Shown here: piece after piece, positions 1 through 14,584 of the stretch
Layout: each line of letters begins with the position of its first letter
Numbering within the stretch: position 1 is the first letter of the stretch
Source of the DNA: Malacoraja senta
Lineage: Eukaryota
Direction of reading: 5' to 3'
Assembly (NCBI GenBank): GCA_038087875.1
Contig: JAXLNO010001599.1
Span: forward strand, 124,001-188,000
DNA length: 64,000 nucleotides
Program-made: the position numbers and the translations under genes
The notes under the pieces: model-generated
What the model saw: only the letters and a program-made list of their open reading frames with translations
What the model was told of the DNA's origin: nothing
Databases searched by the model: none

Positions 1-3000
1 GGGTGCGTGGGGGGCTATGTGTGAGCAGGGGGGTTTGGGGGTAAGGGGTGTGTGGGAGAGAGGCATGTGTGAGCAGGGTAGGGTTGTGAGGGGTGTGTGG
101 AAGGGAGGGCTGTGTGGGAGGGAGGGGTGTGTTTGGGGTGGTTGGGTTATGGGGGGGACGGGTGTGGGGGAAGGGGGGAGAGAGCTCGGAGAAAAGATGG
201 GGGAAGAGCCATGGGAGAGAGTTCGGTATTACGGGGAGGTGGGCAGGAGCCAGCGAGGGAGGCCAGAGGGGAAGGGGCTGGAGGTGCGATGGGGACTCAC
301 TGTGGGTGCTGGCCGCTTCGCTGTTCTCCTCCGCACGGCTCGCGGACTCAATCAACACGGCTGGTGGACTCAGCCCCGCATCCGGGGTTTTATTCTCCTC
401 GCCCCACCCAGTGATTAACTGCGGGTGCCGGAAGGGGCGTTACCTTCATGGTGACTGACAGGCGAATAGACAAATCTGCTGATCTCACGATTTTTTTAAC
501 ATTCATAACTTTTGTAGTCTTCCACCGATCGGAACAAAACTTGGTGCGCTTGGAGCAGAGGAGAATGGTGAATAAGGTGGCGAAAAATCCTAGCAATATA
601 GGGGACCGTTTTTGCACAAATTTTTAAAAAAGCAAACCGGAAGAGGACAAGATGAAAGTTTTAAATAATAGTATAGATGTAGGAAATGTTCATGAATCAT
701 TTTGTGAGAAACATAAGATCACTGCAAAATGAGGCGGCCAGAGTAGGATGAGTTACAAATGTAACGGTTGAAGAATAGAGAAGAGAGGGAGGGATTTGAA
801 AAGGTCGATGAGAATTTTAATTTGCCACATCTCAATTAGAAGACAGAAGTCCATAAGCAGAGGGATAAAGACACAGCATGAGTTAAGAAAAGCACTAAAA
901 CAGATAAGTATTGTGTATTTTTGCAGAAAGTATTAAAATCTCATTTACCTGGAGCTGAAACCATAATCTGACATCTCGTGAGGATCGCAAGCAAGAAGTC
1001 ATTATGAGAATGCACTGCAAAACAAAAATGACTTTTTCCTTTAATAATTTCATGGTTAATCCACCACAGTTTAGAACCAAGTCTGTGCTAACCTGAGACC
1101 AAAACGGTTGTCAATGCAAAAAAAAGATGGGCAACCCCATCACTTTTCCCTGCTGCCTCAAAATTATTTGCTTTTCATGTACAAATCTAATTCAATTAAA
1201 AAATGTATTACTGAAGCTATTGTCTCTAATCATTTAGGGATTTGGCTGCAGTGAGACTGTCCTTGCTACCTTTAGCCTCACGATCGACAATGTTCACCTA
1301 AACTATCCGAACATTTCGGATGTTGAGCTGAACATTAGCTAAGTATATTTCACAGTGAATCCCCACATGCAACAGAGAGAGAACATACCTCATCAGTCTG
1401 GTGAGTTGTTCATCAAGTTACTGTATTACGATACAATAAAACTTTATACATACCTGGAGGGAAATTGGGGTGTCACCTGTTTCCCTTGGATAATACTCCA
1501 GCTTAGTTTATTGTCACGTGTATCAAGGTTGCGTGCGTGTTAACCAGTCATCAGAAAGACAATACATGATTACAATCCAGCCATCCAGTGTAGATACATG
1601 ATTAAGGAAATAACATTTAGTGCAAGATAATGTCCAATAAAGTCCGAACAAAGATAGTCCGAGGGTCTCCAATGAGGCAGATAGTAGCTCAGGACCGCTC
1701 TCCAGTCGGTGATAGGATGGTTCAGTTGCCTGCTGTTCCCAGACCATGCTGTGATGCACCCTTGATACATTTTGAATGAATACAAAAGGAGGGCTGCATG
1801 AGGGAATACAAGCACAGTTTTACACATTGCATGGGTGGCACAGTAGAGCAACGGTAGAGTTTCTGCCTCACAGCACTAGAGACCAGGGTTCCATCCTGAC
1901 TATGGATGCTGTCTGTTCGGAGTTTGTACCTTCTCCATGTGACCACGTGGGTTCCAGTTTCCACCCACACTCCAAAAACATGGAGATTTGTAAGTTAATT
2001 GGTTTCAGCAAAAATTGCCTCTGGTGTGTGGAGGATATTGATAGTGGACTGGTCGGCACGGACTTGGTGGGTTGAAAGGCCCCTTTCCGTGTTGTATCTG
2101 AGGTAATGTAATGATGTTGCCAGGACTCGTGGGCCTGAGCTACAGGGAGAGATCGGGTAAGCTCGGACTTTATTCCTTGGAGCGCAGGAGGCTGAGGGGT
2201 GATCTTATAGAGGTGTATAAAAAGTGAGGGGAATAGGGTGAATACACACTGCTTATTTCCCAGGATAGAGGAATTAAGAACCAGAGTAATAATTGGAGCC
2301 TTCGCAACTGATCCACGGTTATCGATAGTGAGGGCAGCTATTGGATGGAGGGAAAATGCCAGATCTTATTGTGGGGAAAGGTGACTTGGAGGGTTATTAA
2401 AACTTTGCAGCAATTGGAAAGGGAATTTTATGTCAAGAATGAGAGTTTTTTCTTTAATTTCAATAGGTCTTGTGTTACCTAAAGTTAATAAGGAGAAATG
2501 CAAACATGAGCGGAGATTGATCCTTTTTGAAATGGGGAGGATGAAGAGCTGGAAGCTCAAGCTGGGGATCAGCTAAGGTGAAGAGGATGTGAACTGTGAT
2601 TCAGAAAGTGTCAGGCAATCACGTAAGTGTTTAAAATCTGTATGAAGCCAAAATAGTGGGTTACATTTTTTTCTAAGAGATGCAGCGTGGAAACAGGCCC
2701 TTCAACCCACCGAGTCTGGGCCGACCAGCGATCGTCATACACTGGATCTATGCTACAGATTAGGGACAATAGGACAATTCATTGCCTCAGAAGGTTGCAG
2801 AGGCCAAGTCAATTGGGTATTTTTATGGCAGATAGAGTCTTGATTAGTACGGGTGTCTGGGTTTATGGGATGAACGCAGGAGAATGGGGTTGTCAGGGAA
2901 AGATAGATCAGCCATGATTGAATGGTGGAGTAGACTTGATGGGCCAAATGGCTTAATTCTGTTACTATAGCTTATGAACATGAATTTACAGCAGCCAATT

Positions 3001-5595
3001 AACCTACAAACCTGCACATCTTTGGAGTGTGGGAGGAAACCCACAAGACTGCTAAACAGCTTCCTGCCATATGCTGTGAGGCTGCTAAACAGCCACTCTG
3101 TACTCACAGTCACCTGATTCTGCGGCTTGGCACGGACACTTCAATAACTGGCACTGGCCACTCAAATCAGCTGCCCCGGACATGTTTATGATTGGTTTTA
3201 CTGTATTTTTACGTTGTTTTTACCTACTTTTTAACTATTTATATTGTTCCATCAGGGACTGGATTGTTTTTAGTGTTATTATGTGTGAAATGTTTTAAAT
3301 TTCATGTGCGATGCTCCAGTATCCCCTGGGAAACGTCTTTTTCATTTTGCACTGTACAACTGTTGCTTGCAAGATGACAATAAAGGTTGATTTGATTTGA
3401 TTTGATTTGGTCACAGGGAGAACGTAAAATCTCCATACCAACATGAATTCGTAGTCAGGATCGAACCCGGGTCCCTGCGATGTGAGGCAGAGATTCTACT
3501 GATTAAATTACATTTTATTGGAAGAAATTAAATACTAAAAAAGTAGTTAAATCCTTTTAATACTGGATAACAGACCTACACTCTGCATGGATGGCTGGAA
3601 AGATGGAGCTGGACATCATCATTAGACGTGTAGGAGGCAACGCCCAAATCTGCAGGTTGCGTTACCAAGAACAACATGTGTGAGAAATGCAGAGCCAAGG
3701 ATAATCCTGGGGGTTTCCTAGAACAAATCCCATGGCTGAAGAAACTAAAAATACAACCTGATCAATGTGGAACCAATTCCATCAGGTTGGATAATGGAGG
3801 GAAGACACTGGAGGAGATTACAATGACTTGTTCAGAGGCAGCAGAAAATTCAAAGATAACATAGAAGGATACTGAACATCAATGCAGAAACTGGTTATAT
3901 ATAAAACCCGTGGCAAATATTCTCGATTGATGTTGTAAAGTCCAATAATATCTATTTTTTTAACATTGTCCAACCTCATTTGTATTCATTGAAAATATAT
4001 TTACTTTAGCACTAAATTTCCCCTCCTGTTATTTGTCCCCTAATTAGGAAATTATAGGCATTTATTTCAAAAATGTCTCCAGAAGCAAGAGACCATGACA
4101 AAAGGGACATGGATCAGAATTTAAAGCATAGGGTGTTCTCAACTCTGATTTGAAATTAGCAGAAAAGTCACAAAGTATTTGTCTTTCTGGAGGCCAAGGA
4201 GCAAGTGTGACTTTATTGGATGTGTTTATCAGGGAGTGGATATTGTCCTTGGGGATTATATCAATGCCCTCCTGAAATGCTATACAGGAAAAAAAATGGC
4301 TCCTCAAAGGTGTTTTATTGTCACGTGTTCACTCCACACTGAAATTCTATTTGCATCGCTCACACATGCATGAGTTGCCATATTTTGGCACCGTTTACAC
4401 TAATGTCCAGTCCAAACACGTGCTCGATGTACTGGAGAGGCTCCCACTCCAGGTAAGCCCCAGGCTTACCTCCTCTGTCACCCTCGACTGGCTCGGCCCG
4501 TGAACCGACGTCCCTCTCCTCACCCGACTGCCTGTGTCCCGGGGATGCTTCCTGCAGCCGGCCTTGAAAGCGCTGGAGGCAATACACAGGTCCCTCTCCT
4601 CGTGTCCGTCGTCACCAGCGGCTCCCTCCTCCACGACTCTACTCGGGGCCGAGCTCGGGGACTTCCCAGCTTCCCCCCTGCAGGCCGTGCTGTGCCTTAT
4701 GGTGTTGGACTTGAGGCCACAACTGCATGCTTCTGCATCATGCATGTTCCATTTGTGCAATAACCAGCCATTGTCCTTGGCTTGGACTAAGTCCCACGAC
4801 ATCTGACCACTGTCTGCAAGTGTGCCAGAGAATCTGTGAAATTCATTGCCACAGACGGCTGTGGAGGCCGTCAATGGATATTTTAAAGAGGAGATTCATA
4901 GGTGCTTGATTAGTACCGGTGTCAGGGGTTATTGGGAGAAGGCAGGAGAAGGGGGTTGAGAGGGAAAGGTAGATCAGCCACGACTGAAAGGCGGAGTAGA
5001 CTTGATGGGCAGAATTCCGCTCCTACAACTAATGAACTTATTGCAAACAATGACGAAGCCGAGTACAAGATGGAGATACAGGGCTTGGTAATTTACCCAG
5101 GGGGTACATTTTGCCAACCCATGGAATAAATTTGTTGATTTTGGATTTGTACATATTTTCTCTTGTTGACTGACTGTGTTTCGTTCTGGTTCATCATTAG
5201 TTATTCACAAATAAGTGAAATAACATTGTTATGTGCTATTAAAGTTGCCTTGGATAAACAGGACAAAAAGGTTGGAAACCCCTGCTCCAGTCTGTATCAA
5301 TGGTGCTGAAGTGGAGATGGTCAAGATCTTCAAGTTTCCATGTGTAAATTTGTCCTGATTCAACCACATTGACACTACAGCCAAGAAAGCACTAATGCCT
5401 TTACTTCTTCAGAAGGCTAAGTAAAATGGGCACATCTCCAATGACTCTTATCAATTTCTATGATAGAGAGCATTCTATCTGGACACATCAAAGCTTGTTT
5501 CTCTGCCCGAGACAGCAAGACATTGCAGAGTTATGATCACAGCACAGTTTATCACACAATCCAGCCTGCCATCCCTCCAACTCTCAAACATGCTA

Positions 5596-5860
5596 TTGTG
5601 AGTTCTAACAGGTAGACAATTACAAAGCAAAGATTTATGGATGTTCTCAAAGGGTCTTTGAAGCAACCCAACATTCCCATGCCACTGAGTCCTGGGAACC
5701 TCTGGCCAACGGCCTCTCCAAATGGAGAAGCAGCCGGGACGGTGTGCACAACCTTGGTCCCTTTGCCTGTGCAGATCACAAACGCCAGCTGACAAACTAC
5801 CCAACAACCCTACCCGGGGATCAGTTAGTGGCCTCATCAGCCACTTCAGAACCCACGACA
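5596..5860 (+). mobile_element. Degraded RTE-clade LINE 3' fragment
   Basis: Weak resemblance to the RTE C-terminal pattern (..KRYKD.LK.SLK...WE.LA..R.KWR). Confidence 0.4.
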
Positions 5861-5879
5861 CTGACGTGGTTCCCCCCCT

Positions 5880-6720
5880 CTACCCCTCCCACTGCCGCTA
5901 CCTCTCTCTAACCCCACTCCCTTTAACATCTTTAGCCCACACCTGCTCCTCTCCATCTACCCCTCTCAGTCCCTATCCCTCGCTCCACCCCCTCTGTCTC
6001 CTTCCACCCCCCTTTCCTCCATCGGCCCTCTGGTTACCCCCTCCACCCTTTGCCCGGCAACTCCTTCCTCCTCCCTCTATCCTCCACACCAACCTATTCC
6101 TCCGATTCCATCCTTTCATCCTTCTCCTATGCCCTCCGAGCTCCTTCTACCCTCTTTCCATCTCTTTCTGACCCCCCTCCCTCCTGCTATATCCCCCTCC
6201 CAAACTTACTCCTCCCTCTCCCACGATCCCTTTTCCACCACTTTCCACACTTCCCCAACCCCTTCCCACCCTCCCCCCATCCCCTCCCCAGCACTCCTCC
6301 CTTCTTTCACCTTCCTTCTCCTAACCCCTCTCTCCCCCCCTCCCATTCAACCCTACTCCCTCACCCATGTGTCCACATCACCCCTTCCTCTCACTCCTCA
6401 ATCCCACTACGCCTTCCTGCCTCTGCCTCCACTTCCCCCACCCTCTACCCCCTCTCCCCAAACCTTTCTCCCTCCATCCACTCCCCTGTCTCTTTCCCAG
6501 CCTCACTCCTCCTTCCCCTTCATTCTCCACCCTATCCTCTCCCTCTCCCATCCTCCCTCCCCCTCATCTCTCACCCTTCTCTCTCCCCCTCCCTCTCCCT
6601 TCATCCCCCCTCTTCCCTCTTACTCCCCCTCCCCCCTTCTCCTCCATCCCCCTCCTCCTACCCTCTCTCTCCTTCCCCTCTTACTCCCCATCCAGACCCT
6701 CGCCAGTGATCACATTGACA
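5880..6720. repeat. Long C/T-rich low-complexity tract
   Basis: Almost no G on the + strand over about 840 nt. Confidence 0.9.
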
Positions 6721-9432
6721 ACCCAGACGCAGTTCCGACCCTCCTCCTCTCCCGCCGCCACTCACTGCTTCATGTTCTCCCCCAGCGCCTCCGCTGAGAG
6801 CATGAGCGGCTGGGCTTGTACACTCTGGAATTTAGAAGGATGAGAGGGAATCTAATTGAAACATATAAGATTATTCAGGGTTTGGACACGATAGAGGCAG
6901 GAAACATATTCCCGATGTTGGGGCCAGAACCAGGGGCCACAGTTTAAGAATAAGGGGTAAGATATTTAGAACGGAGATGAGGAAACACTTTATCACACAG
7001 AGATTTGTGAGTCTGGAATTCGCTGCCGGTGGGCGGTGGAGGCCGGTTCTCTGGATACTTTCAAGAGAGAGCTAGATTGGGTTCTTAAAGATAGCGGAGT
7101 CAGGGGATATGGGGAGAAGGCAGGAATGGGGTACTGATTTGGGATGATCAGCCATGATCACATTGAATGGCGGTACTGACTCGAAGGGCCGAATGGCCTA
7201 CTCCAGCACCTATTGTCTATTGTCTACTGTCTATTGTCTATTGATTGTGGCCCAGGCTGCTGCTTCAGTCTTAAACCTGATTCACTGAGCAGCCTTGGTT
7301 CTCATCAGCAAACATCAGCTCAAACACGTTCTACAGGGATTCTGCCCACGGCTTTTTGTAATGTTTTAAAGGCAGCTCGTGCAACTTTTTAGTTTGTCCT
7401 TAGTTTATTGCTTTGATGCTGCCAATGCCCATCTACCCGATCACTTTAACTACAGTCATCAGGGTGGATCTCTATGATCAGCTTGAGCAAACACAGAATA
7501 AGTTGCTGGTGGGAGTCTCTCAGCTCCATCAGAACCTAAAATGCAGGTGTACGTATGTCTGGACAGCTCGGTCCCATTACTTAATCAGTGTAATCATGAT
7601 CAGTGACAATCACCAGCACTTTGAACCCATTTCTAAACGTGGCAAATTTACTGAAATGTGGAGAGGGTCTTCATTGCCCATTGGTTTTGATTCTTTCAGC
7701 CCCATTTCGTGGGGTAAACATGAACCTGTTGGTACAAAACACAGCATCAGAATTATTTTTTCATATGTAAAGCAGTGTGTTTATTCTTTGTAGTAACAGC
7801 CCTGCTGGGAGGGCCCCCTGCTCAAATTAAACCTGCCTGTGCAAACTGAGAGGAAGTGTAAGTAGAAGGACTGGGTCTGAATGTTATCAGAGTTTCAGAC
7901 ATCTGGCAGTTATTAATAACAAATGGTTGCTGCGATTCAAGTAAATCAATGGCTGTCTTTGATACCTCATGAAGTTTTCATCCAAGTTAATGCAAATGTT
8001 AATGTAATGAAATGTAATGCAAGTTAATGTAATGAAGTGGATCTCCCTCCTCTTAAAGCCCAGAGAAACATGTGGCAGTCTGTGGCCCAGGGGTGGTATT
8101 GTGAGGTGTTGATTTGTTCAATGGGTTTATTTGGTTTCTGCAGGTTCAATTTGTCTGCCATTATCAATCATGATATTGTATTATAGAATATAATAAAAAT
8201 GATCTGCAGATGCTGGTTTGTACCAAAGATCGACACAAAAATGCTGGAGTAGCTCAACAGGTCAGGCAGCATCTCTGGGGAAAATGGGTAGGGGACGTTT
8301 CAGCTTGGGACCCTGCTTCAGTCTGAGGAGAGAGGCGAGAGAGGGATTGCAAGGGTTACTTGATGTTGGAGAAATCAATATTCATACCGCTGGGTTGTAA
8401 GCTGCCGAAACAAAATTTGAGGTGCTAGTTCTGCAATTTGCATGTGGCCTCAGTCTGACAGTGGAGGAGGCACAGGACGGAAAGGTCAGTGTGGGAATGG
8501 GAAGAGGAGTTAACATCTTTGGAAACTGGTAGGTCTCGTAGGCCAAGGCAGACTGAGCCTAGGTGTGTCAGCAAAATGATCGCCCAGTCTGTGCTTAGTC
8601 TCGCCGATACATTGGAGGTTGGAGGAGGTGCGTGAACCTCTGCCTCACCTAAGAGGACTGTCGGGGTCCGATGCAATCCCTATCACTCCCTCCCTCCACA
8701 ACCCGAGACAACTTGTTAGTTTCATGGTTCGTACCCCTTCGTTATCACTTCATGCAAGCCAACAATGGACCATTGTGGGCTCTACCTTTCCCGAGTCATC
8801 AATGATGGCTCTCATTTGTTCTGTACGTTTTTGTACCTGTAGTTTCCCTTTCCCCTGACTCAGTCTGAAGAGGGGTCTTGATCCGAAATGTCATCTATTC
8901 CTTTTCTCCAGAGATGCTATCTGACCCGCTGTGTTACTCCAGCATTTTGTGCCTATTTCGGTGTAAACTAGCATCTGCAATTCCTATCAATACTCCTGCT
9001 CACCTCTATCCACCTATCACTTGCAAGGTTTTGTTCTCCCCCCCCCCACCACCACCACAATCAATGAAGAAGTATCCCAACCTGAAACACCACGACCATG
9101 TTCTCCAGAGAAGCTGCCAGACCCATTGTTACTCCAGCACTTTATTTTTTTAGCGCTGCCTTTAGTATTTTTAGTTTGAAGTAACAAAAGAAAAGTCATT
9201 GGTATTGAAAATACCTTTAGTTTTTAAATCCTGTCGGAAAAGTAACTTTCTCATTGCGAGTCTGAAACACTCTAGCCCCAAAGCCTCCTTTCCCCCATTG
9301 GTATCATTGTCTTTACAAAGTGATTTTGTACAACATGAAGCTTCTTCAGAACACAATTATCACATTGGAGCAGATTATTTGTAAAGGGTCCTGAACACTT
9401 TCCCATCAGCACTACATAGCAGATGCAATTAT

Positions 9433-10465
9433 AGGTCCTTTTCAGAATGGCAGGCAGTGGCGAATGGAGTGCCGCAAGGCTCGGTGTTGGGGCCGCAACT
9501 GTTTACCACATATATTAATGATTTGGAAGAGGGAATTAGGAGCAACACCAGCAAGTTTGTGGATGACACAAAGCTGGGTGGCAGTGTGAACTGTGAAGAG
9601 GATGTTAGGAGGTTGCAGAGTGACCTGGACAGGTTGAGTGAGTGGGCAGATGCAGTATAATATAGATAAATGTGAGGTTATCCACTTTGGTGGCAAAAAC
9701 AAGGGGGCAGATTATTATCTCAATGGGGTTAGGTTAGGTAAGGGGGAGGTGCAACGAGACCTGGGTGTCCTTGTACACCGGTCTCTGAAGATTGGCGTGC
9801 AAGTACAGCAGGCAGTGAAGAAAGTTAATGGAATGTTGGCCTTCATAACAAGAGGATTTCAGTATAGGAGTAGAGAGGTTCTTCTGCAGTTGTATAGGGC
9901 TCTGTTAAGACATCTGGAGTATTGCGTACAGTTTTGGTCTCCTAATTTGAGGAAGGACATCCTTGTGATTGAGGCAGTGCAGCGTAGGTTCACGAGATTG
10001 ATCCCTGGGATGGCGGGACTGTCATATGAGGAAAGATTAAAAAGACTAGGCTTGTATTCACTGGAGTTTAGAAGGATGAGGGTGGATCTTATAGAAACAT
10101 ATAAAATTATAAAAGAACTGGACAAGCTAGATGCAGGAAAAATGTTCCCAATGTTGGGCGAGTCCAGAACCAGGTTTCACAGTCTTAGAATAAAGGGGAG
10201 GCCATTTAAGACTGGGGTGAGAAAAACCTTTTTCACCCAGAGAGTTGTGAACTTGTGGAATTCCCTGCCACAGAGGGCAGTGGAGGCCAAATCAGTGGCT
10301 GGATTTAAGAGAGAGTTAGATAGAGCTCTAGGGGCTAGTGGAATCAAGGAATATGGGGAGAAGGCAAGCATGGGTTATTGATTGGGGACCATCAGCCATG
10401 ATCGCAATGAATGGCGGTGCTGGCTCGAAGGGCCGAGTGGCCTCCTCCTGCACCTATTTTCTCAT
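9433..10465 (+). mobile_element. CR1 LINE 3' fragment
   Basis: GVPQGSVLGP, FVDDTKLGG and LEYCVQFWSP motifs. Confidence 0.9.
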
Positions 10466-10489
10466 GTTCTATGTTTCTATATTTCTATA

Positions 10490-11160
10490 AAGAAGGCACA
10501 TCAACGCTACTTCCTGAGATGATTACATAGAATTGGTATGTCAAGGAGGACTCCCTCGAACTTCTACAGGTGCACAGTAGAGAGAATACTGACTGGCTGC
10601 ATCGTGGCTTGGTTCGGCAACTTGAAAGTCCAGGAGTGGAAAAGAATGCAGAAAGTTGTGACCGCTGCCCAGTCCATCATCGGCTCTGACCTCCCCACCA
10701 TCGAAGGGATCTATCGCAGTCGCTGCCTCAAAAAGGCTGCCAACATCATCAAAGACCCACACCATCCTGGCCACACAATCATCTCTCTGTTGCCATCGGG
10801 AAGAAGGTACAAGAGCTTGAAATCTGGAACATCCAGGTTCAGGAACAGCTTCCTCCTCACAGCCATCAGGAGATTAAACACACCATCAAACAAACTCTGA
10901 ACAATAACAGCCTATTGCACTATTTATTTATGTGTATATATATATGGTCTATGGTATATAGACACCATAGACGAGGTTAACGAACAAAGCCACGATGCAA
11001 CCAGTCAGTATGCTCTCTACTGTGTACCTGTAGAAGTTTGAGAGAGTCCTCCTTGACAAACTGACTCTCCGTAATCTCAGGAAGTAGAGGCGCTGATGTG
11101 CCTTCTTTATGATGGCATCAGTGTGCTGGGACCAGGAAAGATCTTCGGAAATATGCACGC
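10490..11160. mobile_element. Two L2-type LINE 3' fragments in opposite orientation
   Basis: FYRCTVE.ILTGCIVAWFG and KDPHHPGH motifs (ORFs 10538 + and 10949 -). Confidence 0.75.
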
Positions 11161-11419
11161 CAGCTGACAGACAGTGATTCCATAAGGAAATGACCAATTG
11201 CATTGGGCTCAAGAGCAAAGCAGGAAGGTTTGCTTTGTGTTGAGAGACCACTGATAGGTTTGGATTAATCCTGAGCTTGAATTTAAACCAATGCTCTTAA
11301 CGTGCCTCAGTTGATGGGAAACGCTGGGATACAAAGGGGGTGGGCTTTATGCTGCTGTATAATAGAGCTCCACATCTGGAGCTCTGGGTGTGATTCTGGG
11401 CAGCACCGCTCAGGAAGGA

Positions 11420-12226
11420 TAGACAATAAACAATAGGTGCAGGAGTAGACCATTCGGCCCTTCGACCCAACACTGCCATTCGCTGTGATCATGGCTGATC
11501 ATCCACAATCAGTACCCCGTTCCTGCCTTCTCCCCATATCCCCTGACTCCACTATCTTTAAGAGCCCTATCTAGCTCTCTCTTGAAAATATCCAGAGAAC
11601 CGGCCTTCACCGCCCTCTGAGGTAGAGAATTCCACAGACTCACAACTCTCTGGGTGAAAAAGTGTTCCCTCATCCCGTTCTAAATGCCTTACCCCTTATT
11701 CTTAAACTGTGGCCCCTGGTTCTGGACTCCCCCAACATCAGGAACATAGTTCCTGCCTCTGGCATGTCCAAACCCTTAATAGTCTTATATGTTTCAATAA
11801 GACCCTCTCTCATCCTTCTAAATTCCAGATTATACAAGCCCAGCTGCTCCATTCTCTCAGCATATGACAGTCCCACCATCCTGGGAATTAACCTTGTGAA
11901 CCTACGCTGCACTCGCTTAATAGCAAGAATGTCCTTCCTAAATTTAGGGGACCAAAACTGCACACAATACCCCAGATGTGGTCTCACTCGGGCCCTGTAC
12001 AACTGGAGAAGGACCTCTTTGCTCCAATACTCAACTCCTTTTGTTCTGAAGGCCAACATGCCATTCGCTTTCTTCACTGACTGCTGTACCTGAATGCTTA
12101 CTTTCATTGACTGATATACAAGGAACCCCAGATCCCGTTGTACATTCCCTTTTCCCAACTTGACACCACTCCGATAATACTCTGCCTTCCTGTTTTTGCC
12201 ACCAAGGTGGATAACCTCACATTTAT
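11420..12226 (-). mobile_element. CR1 3' fragment, continues at 17398-18140 across an inserted element
   Basis: YCVQFWSP and RRFTRLIP motifs; sequence resumes at 17398. Confidence 0.85.
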
Positions 12227-12852
12227 TAGGGCTGCCAACATTGGGTGAGAGTTTAGAGTGAGAAATTGTCCCCCCCTCTCACGGTGGGGAGCTTTCGCAT
12301 TTTTCAGCTTGAAATTGTGCAATCTGGTGCATGCTGTAGCGAGTCTTTTAACTTACACCTGAATGCAACATTTATGCTTTAAATTGGATTAGGTATGAAT
12401 AAGGTTAGGCTAAATTGCATTCCTAATTACATTCCACAATAGAGCCAGGCTCTGATCAACAGCACATGAATGACTATATTCATGTATGGAAATCTGATTA
12501 TATTCATGCTGTTATGCATATATATATAGAGAAAAACACAGAGAAATAAGGCAAGAGTCAGACTTCCATCACTGTTCTGCACAAATAAATCAATCAACCT
12601 TACCCGTTGAATATCGAAACAAGACGAAAATAATGCCACATATTCAATCATATATGGTTCAATGAAATTGAGATATATATGTAAAAAAATATAGATGGAA
12701 ACAGGCCCTTCAGCCCACCAAGTCCACACTGACCAGCAATCTATCATATACCAGTTCCATCCATCACGCCTGGGACAATTTACAGAAGCCAATTAACCTA
12801 CAAACCTGCACTTCTTTCGGATATGGGAGAAACCGGAATATCCAGAGAAAAC

Positions 12853-14584
12853 CAGGGCCGGATTTAGATGAAGAAAGGCCCCAGGCTATTCCACTTGTAA
12901 GGCCCCTCCCAATCCCCCACCCCCACGACGAGAGGAAGATGAGAGTCCACCAGATTGACACCGATGTGCGGCCAATGAGATAAGCTGCGCTTTTTATTTA
13001 TTGCCAGTGCTAGTGTCGAGTTATCAGCTTAAAACAATATTATTCTGAAATGGAGAGCAAGGAAAATTACTGAAGTGTTGTTTAGAGACTACAGTGCGTT
13101 GTGACAGCATATGTAAGAAAGGCCTATGACAGTGTCAAAAATATTATACACCAGGCACGATTTTCAAGAGGAGGGGTGGCATGGCAGGATTTAAAAAATG
13201 TATGTGAAATAAGTGTACACAGCGCATATCACAAGCGCGAAGCTCAAAGACCCATGCTCTGGGGTTTTAGATGCTCTCTGGTGCATTCTGAGCCTTATTT
13301 TGGAGCATTTTTGCACCAAATTTATGACCAATATTTCAGAAATAATTTTGGTTGTCAAGAGTAATGAGTGGTTGGAATGGGATGATTGGGGTCATTGTTG
13401 CATACATTTTTTTTAAACAAAATTGAAGCTGTCCTTGTTTTAATAATCAAGTTGTACTGTAAAATGTTATGTAAAGTGTTATAAAGGAGCATGCAAACAC
13501 TGAAAATAAAATACTGTAAGTTTTTGCAGTAAATAAGTTTTTTTTTAGAAAATGTTTTGTGTTTTGATTTGATTGCCTGTTACTGTTCGACTGTGTTAGT
13601 GTGTGCACATTAAAAATATGAAGCAAAATGAAAGTCACAAACTATGGAATTCATATTTTTCAGTATTGTTATCAAAGAAAGCAGTTCCAATTGTTTGATA
13701 TTATTCATATGGAGGAGAAAATATAGTTGCTCTAAAACCTACCTTAATTTTGCAATCTCACTAAAGATAATCCCCCTTTCCCTCTCCCCCCTCCTCCTTC
13801 CCTCTCCCTCCACCTCTCTCTCGCTCCCCATCACTCTCTCCCCCTCCCCCCTTCCCCTCTCTCTCTCTCCCCCTCCCCCTCTCCCTCTCTCCCCCTCTGT
13901 CTCAACCCCTTTCCCCCTCTCACATCCCCTCTCTCTCCCCTCTCCCCCTCTCTCTCTCCCCCTCCCCAATCTCTCTCTCTCCCCCTCCCACTCTTCTTCT
14001 CTCTCCCTCCCCTCCCTCTCTCGCCCCTCTGTCTCAACCCCCCCTTTCCCCCTCTCACATCCCCCTCTCTCTCTCCCCCTCCCCCTCTCTCTCTCACTCT
14101 CTCTCACTCTCCCTCCCTCTCTCTCCTCCCTCTGTCTCAACCCCCCACTACCCCCCTCTCTCTCCCTCCCTCCCACTGTCTCTCCCTCCCATGCAGCGAG
14201 GCTCCGACTCCGCGCCGCAGACACCGCAGCCCCCCCCCCCCAGCCCAGAGACACGGGCACTCCCACAACGCAATATTCCACTACTTACCTGCAGTAGACA
14301 CGAGGCATCGACAGCGTCATTTTGCGTCACTACTGCGTAACCGGCTTCCCCCAACTGCGCAGGCGTGGATGGTCGCAATTTCCCCCCCCCCCCCGAAACT
14401 TCCAGCGGGCCGGTACCAGAATTTTGGGTAATTTCCGTCAAAGTGGAAATGCTGATAGCCCTCCAATTTTTTTTTCTCAGGATTTTTTTTACTCTGGGAA
14501 AAACCCCCCAGCTTGTCCGGAGGCCCCCTAAATTTTGAGTCCCTCGCCTTCAGCTTGCGAAGCTTATACGTAAATCCGGCCCTG
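12853..14584. mobile_element. hAT-like non-autonomous element
   Basis: TIRs CAGGGCCGGATTTA / TAAATCCGGCCCTG with a perfect 8-bp TSD GAGAAAAC. Confidence 0.85.
13770..14190. repeat. CT-rich low-complexity tract
   Basis: Direct reading. Confidence 0.9.

Noticed and set aside
5722-6843. Pro/Ser/Leu-rich ORFs (likewise 17-458, 13644-14297, 16420-17136)
   Set aside because: Low-complexity tracts without stops; no domain signal
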